This document shows, piece by piece, positions 55,701 through 64,000 of a stretch of 64,000 bases of DNA. The DNA is from Scenedesmus sp. PABB004 (taxonomy: Eukaryota). The stretch is taken from NCBI GenBank assembly GCA_014905635.1, contig JABVCE010000029.1:186001-250000 (forward strand), in the 5' to 3' direction. Position 1 is the stretch's first letter; each line of letters begins with the position of its first letter. The notes under the pieces are model-generated. The model was not told where the DNA came from. It made no database searches and saw only the letters and a program-made list of their open reading frames with translations. The position numbers were made by a program, and so were the translations under genes.

Positions 55701-58700
55701 CTCACGCGCATCAGCCGGCTCATGGCCATGGCGCGCGGCAGTGCGCTGCTCGTCGGCGTCGGCGGCAGCGGCAAGCAGAGCCTCGCGCGCCTCGCCGCCT
55801 ACATCGCCGGCGCGACGACCTTCCAAATCACCGTCACCAAGGCGCGCGAGGCCCTGCTGCCTGGCGCGCGTCCGGCCGCGCGCGGACCTGCACGGCCGCC
55901 TGACTCCCGTCGCCGCCCACGCGCGCGCCCCGCCGCCGTCGCCGCCGCCCACGCGCGCGCCCGCCCCGCCCATGCCCTCCCGCCACTTTGCCCCGTCAGA
56001 CGTACGGCGTGGCCAACCTGTTTGAGGACATCAAGTCCCTCTACAAGGTCACGGGGTTCAAGGGCCAGCCCGTGGCCTTCCTCTTCACCGACGCGGAGGT
56101 CAAGGACGAGGCGTTCCTGGAGTACATCAACCAGATTCTCATGACCGGAGAGGTCGCGGGTGCGGCGGCGCGCGGGCGGCGCTGCGGCGGGGCTCGGGCG
56201 CTCCGCGGCGCGACGTGCTGGGCGCGGCGGCGCAGGGGCAGGGCACGCCGGCGCCCCCGCCGACAGGGCCGCCACACACGCCGCCCGCCGCGACCGCGCC
56301 GCCGCGCCCTGCCCGCCGTCCCCTGCCCAGGCCTGCTGCCCAAGGACGAGCTGGACATGATCATCAACGACATCCGCCCCGCCTTCAAGGCGTCCTGCCC
56401 CGGCGTGCCCGACACGTGGGAGAGCCTCTACGCCTTCTTCCTCAACCGCGTGCGTGACAACCTCCACGTCGTGCTCTGCTTCTCCCCCGTCGGCGACAAG
56501 TTTGCGCGCCGCGCGATGCAGTTCCCCGGCCTCATCAACGGCTGCACCATCGACTGGTTCCTGCCCTGGCCAGAGGAGGCGCTCACGTCGGGTGCGCGCG
56601 ACCGCGCGCGCGTGCTGGCGCCGGCGCCGCCCGCGCCCGCGCCGCCTGCGCCCGCGCCGCCTGCGCCCGCGCGCTCGTGCGCTCACCCTCCTCCCACCTC
56701 CCGCTCGTGTCCTGCCGTGCCCCTACCAGTCTCCGGCAAGTTCATCGACGAGTTCCCCATGGCCTGCCCCGACGGCGTGAAGGCGTCGCTCAAGGTCATG
56801 ATGGGCCACGTCCACGGCCACGTCACGGCCGCGTGCGCCGAGTACTTTGAGCGCTTCAGGCGCCACGTGTACGTGACGCCGCGGAGCTACCTGGCCTTCA
56901 TCCAGGGCTACAAGGAGCTCTACGCACGCAAGTGGGCAGACACGCAGGAGCTCGCGGTCTCGATCCAGGCGCGGGCGCAGCGGCGGCGCGGCGCGGCGCG
57001 CGGTGGCTGGAGGGGCAGCGGCCGCGCCCGTGCGTGAGTGTGCGCTGGGCTCACACCGAGCTCACGCCCGCCGCTCGCCGCGCGGCGCCTGCGCCCCACC
57101 AGGCGGGGCTGCAAAAGATGGTGGAGGCCAAGGAGGACGTGAACAAGATGAAGGCGGAGCTGGCAGTCAAGAACGCGGAGCTCGCAGCGGCGACCAAGGA
57201 GGCCGAGGCGCTGCTGCGCAGCATCAGCGAGTCCACCGCGGTCGCGGAGAAGGGTGCGCGCGCGGGGCGCGCGGCGCCGCGCGGCGCGGCGGCGCGCGCC
57301 GGCGGGCTGCGCTCGCGCACGCGCGCGCGCCCGCGCTGCGCCGCTCACGCGCTCCCCCGCCCTCGCCGCCCCGCCTGCCCCCGCACCGCGCGCGCCGTCA
57401 CGCCGCGGTTCAACAGAGAAGCAGAAGGTCGCTGTGATCGTGGACCAGGTGTGCCGCAAGGCGGCCGAGATCGGCGCGGTCAAGGACGACGCGGAGAAGG
57501 ACCTCAGCGCCGCCAAGCCCGCGCTCAACGAGGCGCTCTCCGCGCTGAACAGCATCACGCCCAAGGACATCGTCAGCCTGAAGGCGCTCAAGAGCCCGCC
57601 CGACATCGTGAAGCGCATCTTTGACGCCGTGCTGCTCCTGCGCCACTGGCCGATCGACAAGGCGCGGCGCGCGCGCGCCCTGCGCGCGGTCGCGGCGGCG
57701 GCAGCGGCGCTGAGCCCGTGCTGCGCCCGTGCTGACCCCGCCCGCCCGCCCGCCGCGCCCCGCCGCGCCCCGCCGCGCCCGCGCGCCGCCCAGGTGTCGT
57801 GGCAGGAGAACAAGGGCACGATGGTGCTTGCTGGCAGCTACGACACGAGCGTGAAGATGATGGGCGACATGGGCTTCCTCACCTCGCTGCTCAACTTTGC
57901 AAAGGAGGCGATCAACGACGAGACCGTGGAGCTGCTGCAGCCCTACTTTGCGGCGCCCGACTTCAACTACGAGGCCGCGCGCAAGGCCTCCGGCAACGTC
58001 GCGGGTGCGCGGCGCCGCGGGGGCAGCGGCTCAGCGCGGCGCGCGGCGGGGCGCGGCGCTGGCGGCGGGGCGGGGCGGCGCGCGGGCGCCGCGCCGCGGC
58101 TGCTCAGGCTCGGCCGCCGGCGCGCAGGGCTGTGCAACTGGGCCGCCGCGATGTGCAAGTACCACGAGGTGGCCAAGGTGGTGGAGCCCAAGATCGCGGC
58201 CCTGCACGCGGCAGAGGCGGAGCTCAAGGTGCGCGGCGCGCAGCGCGCGTGCGCGGCCGGCGGCCCCCGCCACGCGCTGAGCGGCCGCCGCGCCCCGCGT
58301 GCCGCACATCGCGCACCGCCAGGTCGCGACCAAGGAGAAGACGGCGGCGGAGGAGCGCATGGCGGTGGTGCAGGCGCGGCTGGACGAGATGCAGGCCCAG
58401 TTTGACGCGGCGATGGCGCAGAAGCAGCTGCTCGAGGACGACGCGGCGGCGTGCCAGAAGAAGATGGACAGCGCGGCCGCGCTGCTGCACGCGCTCGCGG
58501 GTGCGTGACTGCGTGCGAGCGCGCGGCGGGCGGGCGGGCCGGCGGGCGGGCGGCCAGGCGGCTGGCTGCCCCTCCCTCGCCACCACCCAAACCCTGCCGC
58601 CACCCACGCCCTGCACCGCCCCGCCTCGTCCCGCGCCGCCGCACCACCACCACCACCGCAGGCGAGGAGAGCCGCTGGACGGCGCAGTCCAAGGAGTTTG

Positions 58701-60615
58701 ACGCCCAGATCAAGCGCCTCACTGGCGACTGCGCGGTCGCGAGCGCGTTTGTGAGCTACCTGGGGCCCTTCAACAAGGAGTTCCGCGAGCTACTCATGTC
58801 CCGCGACTTTTACGGCGACTGCGTGCGCCTCGCCATCCCGGTCACGCACAACATCGAGGCGCGCGCACGCACGCGCTCACGCAGTGGCTGCCGTACAGCA
58901 CCTGGCAGCGGGCGGGACCAGGCTCAGCCGCGCGCGCTCCGGCGGCAGCACCCGCCCGACGCACACCCCTGTCGGGCGCCGTCCTGCCGCGCGGCGCAGG
59001 TGGCCAAGTTCCTGGTCGACGACAGTGAGGTCGGCGAGTGGGTGCTGCAGGGCCTGCCCACGGACGAGCTGAGCGTGCAGAACGGCATCATGGTCACGCG
59101 CGCGTCGCGGTGCGCGCGCGGCGGCGGCGCACGCGGGCGCCCCGAGCCCCGCGCGCGCGCCGCCGCAGGCCCGGCAGCAGGCGCGCGCCCGCGCCCACCC
59201 GCCCCCGCCCGGCGCGCAGGTACCCGGTGCTGATCGACCCCCAGGGCCAGGGCCGGCTGTGGCTGCGCAACCGCGAGGAGGCCAACCAGCTGCGCGTGAC
59301 GCAGCTGAACGACAAAAACTTCAGGAACATCCTGGAGGACTGCCTCGTGTTTGGCAAGGTGCGCGTGACGCCGCGCCGGCGGAGCAGCAGCAGTCCCGTG
59401 GGGCCGTGCACACCCCGCCCGCCTCCAGCCGGCCGCCGCCCGCGCGCGCGCCGCGCGCTGCGCGCTGCGCGCTGCGCGCTGCGTGCCCCGCCCATGCGGC
59501 CGCGCCGCCGCCCGCCGCAGCCGATGCTGGTGGAGAACATTGAGGACGAGCTCGACCCGGTGCTGGACCCGGTGCTCGAGCGCCGCCTGGTCAAGAAGGG
59601 CAAGAGCTGGGTGCTGCAGCTCGCCGACAAGGAGGTGCGCATTGCGCGGCCGCGCTGCGTGCGCGCCGCCGCACGGGCGCCGCGGCTGACCCGCCCGCCC
59701 CGCCCCGCGCCACGCCGCGTGCCGCGCAGGTCGACTTCACCGACACCTTCAAGCTCTTCTCCACCACGCGCCTGCCCAACCCGCACTTTGCGCCCGAGCT
59801 CTGCGCCAAGGTCACGGTCGTGGACTTCACCGTCACCATGGCCGGTGCGCGTGCCGTGCTAGCTGCTGCGCCTGCCGCTGTGCGCGGCCGCGCCTGCGCG
59901 CGCTGCTCGCGCCGGCGCCTGAGCTCCGCGCGCGCACGCCTGCACGCTGCACCCTGCCAGGCCTGGAGGACCAGCTGCTGGGCAAGCTCATCCTCAAGGA
60001 GAAGCACGAGCTCGAGGAGCAGCGCCAGCAGCTGCTCGAGGAGGTGCAGAGCTACAAGAAGAAGATCAAGCAGCTCGAGGACGACCTGCTGTTCAGGTCA
60101 GGCGCGCGGGGCGCCACGCGGCGGCGCGCTGCGGCGCCGCCGGAGCGGGGGAGCTGCTGCGGCGGCGCGCGCTCGCTCGCCCGTGTGAGCGGCGCGCCCG
60201 CGCGCCCTGCGCGCACCAACGCCCCGCGGTGCGGCGCCGCCGCCGCCGCCGCGCAGGCTGTCCAACTCGCAGGGCAACCTGCTGGACGACACGGAGCTCA
60301 TCGACGTCCTCGCCGTCACCAAGCAGACGGCGCAAGACGTGAGCGACCGCCTCTCGCACGCGAGCGAGACGAACAAGAAGATCAACGAGGCGTGCGAGGA
60401 GTACCGCCCGGTCGCGCACCGCGCGACGCTCATGTACTTCCTCATCGCCGAGTTTGCGGTCGTGTCGTGCATGTACCAGACGAGCCTGGGGCAGTTTGTG
60501 GGGCTGTACGAGGCCGCGATTGACGGCGCGGAGCGCGCGAGCATGCCGTCGAAGCGCATCGCCAACATCATCGAGACTATGACACACGAGATCTACCTCT
60601 ACATACAGGTGGGCT

Positions 60616-60684
<69 letters not shown>

Positions 60685-63600
60685 TTGTGGGGCGGCTTGG
60701 GGTTTAGGCGTGGGCGGAGCTTGGCGGGCTGGGGCTGGGTGGAGCTGGGCGGGCGGGCGGCAGCGCGTGGCGACCGGGTGCCCCCGCTCACGCCGCCGCC
60801 GCCACGGTCGCTGGCCGGCCGGCCGCGCAGCGTGGTCTGTTTGAGCGCCACAAGCTTCTCTTCGCGCTCATGCTGACCAACAAGATCCTGGTCAGCGTGG
60901 GCAAGGTCAAGGCCGCCGACCTCGACGTCCTGCTCAAGGGCGGCGGCGCGCTCGACATCACCTCGGTGCGGCCGCAGCCGGCGGCGCTGCCGCGCGGCGC
61001 TGCACCACACGCAGCGGCCTGCCGTGACCCGCACTCGACTCGACACCCACACGCGTCTCACGCTCCGTCGCCGCCGCGGCGTTGCCTGCCGCAGGTGCGC
61101 AAGAAGCCCAAGGAGTGGATCCCCGACGGCGTGTGGCTCAACATCGTGGCCCTGAGCAGCATGGACGCGTTCCGGGACATCCCCGACAGCGTCTTCCGCA
61201 ACGACGGCCTCTGGCGCCAGTGGTACGACCAGGAGGCACCCGAGCTCGCCAAGGTGCGTGCGGCGCGGCGTGGCGTGGCCTTGACGGCACGGCACGCTGT
61301 GCACACCGCGGCGCGCTCACCCAGCCTTGCACACCCCGCCGCGCAGGTCCCCGACTATGAGGACCGGCTGTCCAAGTTTGAGCGCATGTGTGTCGTCAAG
61401 GCGTTCCGCGAGGACCGCACGCTGCTCGCGGCGGCCGACTACATCGGCGACGCGCTCGGGCAGCGCTTCGTGGAGAGCGTGCCGCTGTCCATGGAGCGCG
61501 CGTGGGCGGAGAGCCACAGCAAGTGCCCCCTCATCTGCCTGCTCTCGCCAGGTGCGTCCCGCGCGCCGCTGCCGCAGCCGCCGCCGCCGCGTCTCTCTCT
61601 CTCGAGCCGCCGTGTGCGCGGGCCACGGCGGCGCGCTGCCCCCTGACGCTCGCGCCGAGCCCCCCCCCCCCAACGCCGAGCCGCCACCCTGACCGAGACC
61701 CTCCGCGCTGCGCGCCGCGCGCCGCGCCGCGCCGCACCGGCAGGCTCCGACCCCACCAAGCTCATTGAGGACCTGGCGAAGCGCAAGAAGATCAAGACCC
61801 TGGGCGTGAGCATGGGCCAGGGCCAGGAGGTCATCGCGCGCAAGTACATGGCGACCGCGACGGCGGAGGGGCAGTGGGTGCTGCTGCAGAACACGCACCT
61901 GGGGCTCACGTACCTCACCGAGGTGGAGCAGCTGCTCGCCAAGGCCGAGGACCTGCACGAGGACTTCAGGCGCGCGGCGCGCGCTGCGCTGCGTGGGGGC
62001 ACGGGTCTGGCGCGCGGCGGCGGTGTGCGCGTGCGCGCGCACGGAGCGGCCTGACCAGGAGGCCTGACCCGCCCCGCCCCCGCGCCGCGCCGCTCTCCGC
62101 CGCCGCCGCGCCGCGCGCAGGCTGTGGGTGACGGCGGAGCCGCACCCCCAGTTCCCCATCGGCCTGCTGCAGATGGGCATCAAGATCACCAACGAGGCCC
62201 CCGTGGGCGTCAAGGCGGGGCTGCGCGCGAGCTACCAGTGGGTCAACCAGGACATGCTCGACGCGGTCGGGCGGTGAGCGCACGCGCTGCGCTGCACTGC
62301 GCTGCACTGCGCGTGCTGCGCGCAGGGGGAGCCTCGGCCGGTGCGCGCCGCCGCCTGGCGCCCCTCGGAGTCGCGCCACAACGCCCGCGCCGCGTGCGCC
62401 GCCGCGCCGCGCGCGCAGTCAGGAGTGGCGGCAGCTGCTGTTTGTGATGTGCTTCCTGCACAGCGTCGTGCAGGAGCGGCGCAAGTTTGGGCCGATCGGG
62501 TGGAACGTGCCGTACGAGTTCAACGCGAGCGACCTCAGCGCGTGCACGCAGTTCCTGCAGGTCCGCCTGCGCGCCTGCTCCTTTCGCACCCGCCGCGCCT
62601 CCCTGCCCAGCGGCCCAACCTCCCGCCCTGACTTGCCCCGCCCCCGCGCAGAACCACCTGCTGGAGATGGACGCCAAGCGCGCGCCCGGGCCGACGTGGG
62701 AGACGGTGCGGTACATGGTCGGCGCGATCCAGTACGGCGGCCGCATCACCAACGACCACGACCAGCTGCTCATGAACACATACGCGGAGCGCTTCTTCCA
62801 CTCGGGCCTCATGACGGTGCGGCACGCGCCGCGGGCTGCTGCGGGCGCTGAGGTGGCGGGCGGGCGGCGAGACGCGAAGGCGGGGCGAGCGGGCGCCAGG
62901 GCCGACGTACAACGCGCGCGCCGCCGCCGCCGCAGCCGGGCGCGGAGCTTCACCGCGACGAGCGCAGCGGCTTCAGCTACCGCGTGCCCGACTCGACCGA
63001 CGTCGACGCGTTCCGCGCGGCCGTGGAGGCGCTGCCGGCGCAGGAGAGCCCAGAGATCTTCGGCCTGCACCCCAACGCCGACCTCACCTTCCGCACGCTC
63101 CAGGCGCGCCGCGCCGCGCCGCCGCGCCGCGCGCGGGCCCGCCGCCGCTGAGCTCCGCCGCTGAGCCCCGCCGCCGAGCCCACCCCTGAGCCCCGCCCCG
63201 TCCCCGCTGCCTGCGCGCGCCAGGTGGCCGAGGGCATGGCCACGATCCTGGACACCATGCCCAAGGGCGGCGGCGGCGGCGGCGGGCTGAGCCGCGAGGA
63301 GGCGGTCGACCGCATCGCCGAGGACCTGCTCTCGAAGGCGCGCGGCAGTGCCTGCAGCGGCGGCAGCGCGCCACCGCGCACGCTCAGCCGCACGCCGCCG
63401 CCGCCGCTGTGTGTGCACACGCCGCAGACGCCGGCGCTGTTTGACAAGGAGGAGGTCCGCGAGCGCCTGCGCCGCCTGCCGGGCGGGCCGACGCAGCCGC
63501 TGACGGTGCACCTGCGCCAGGAGCTCGACCGGCTCAACACCGTGGTCGCGCTCGCGTCGTCCACGCTGACCAGCCTGCGCCTCGCGATCGCGGGCACCGT

Positions 63601-64000
63601 CGCGCTGAGCGGGCCGCTGATTGAGGCGCTGGACGCACTGTTCATGGCGCGCGTGCCCCTCGCCTGGCTCAAGACCAGCTGGGAGGTGCGACGCGCGCGG
63701 GGACGGGCGGCGGGACGGGCGGTACGCGTGGTGGCTGGCGGCAGGGGGTGTGCGGCGGGCCTGGGCCGCCCACCGCCGCCGCGCCGCGCGTGTCGCTGCC
63801 CTGCCGCCGCAGGCTGCGACGCTGGGCAGCTGGTTCAGCGGGCTGCTGCAGCGCCACGACCAGCTCGCGCGCTGGCTGACCCTGGGCCGGCCGCGGTCCT
63901 ACTGGCTGACGGGCTTCTTCAACCCGCAGGCGCGCACGCTGGCAGGCCGCAGCACGCGCCGCCACGCCCCGCCCTGCCCCGCCGCGCGCGGCGCTGCGGG
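39514..64000 (+). CDS. ODA2: Axonemal outer-arm dynein heavy chain, gamma type (3'-partial, continues beyond the window), roughly 90 introns in the window
   Basis: N-terminus [20 protein letters not shown]...[14 protein letters not shown]...[15 protein letters not shown] resembles Chlamydomonas gamma-HC as I recall it; [12 protein letters not shown]1 GPAGTGKT (50156-50179), CFDEFNR, P2 GSSGGGKT (51965), P3 GGPGTAKT (53687), P4 GVGGSGKQ (55755), stalk, [28 protein letters not shown]. Dynein call is firm; gamma subtype is from recalled similarity. Confidence 0.92.
60618..60683 (+). repeat. (TG)33 microsatellite in a dynein intron
   Basis: Uninterrupted TG run starting 9 nt after the GT donor at 60609. 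Confidence 0.97.

Overview
Very GC-rich, intron-dense eukaryotic nuclear DNA that reads as a chlorophyte green alga (TGTAA poly(A) signals, GTGCG/GTGAG donors, an ODA2-like dynein); a Sphaeropleales/Selenastraceae origin is plausible but only inferred. The six-frame ORFs are mostly GC artefacts, so genes were rebuilt from spliced exons by eye. 1-28.3 kb is a cluster of secreted Cys-rich proteins with CxxC repeats and paired PAN/apple-like modules. It contains one minus-strand gene (10392->6325) followed by leaderless copies of its 3' half (5538->3408, 2960->751, probably more off-window) and three divergently transcribed tandem paralogs on the plus strand (10936-15828, 17282-22225, 23318-28305). 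Then follow a SAP-domain Tho1/SARNP/MOS11-like gene (28948-30794), RAD50 (31275-39143) and an outer-arm dynein gamma heavy chain (39514 to beyond the window). Most notable: a one-leader/many-3'-cassette array with mosaic exchange, about 30% GC-AG introns in the conserved genes, a hypervariable PAN-like exon, a position-conserved uORF and a position-conserved 3' motif.
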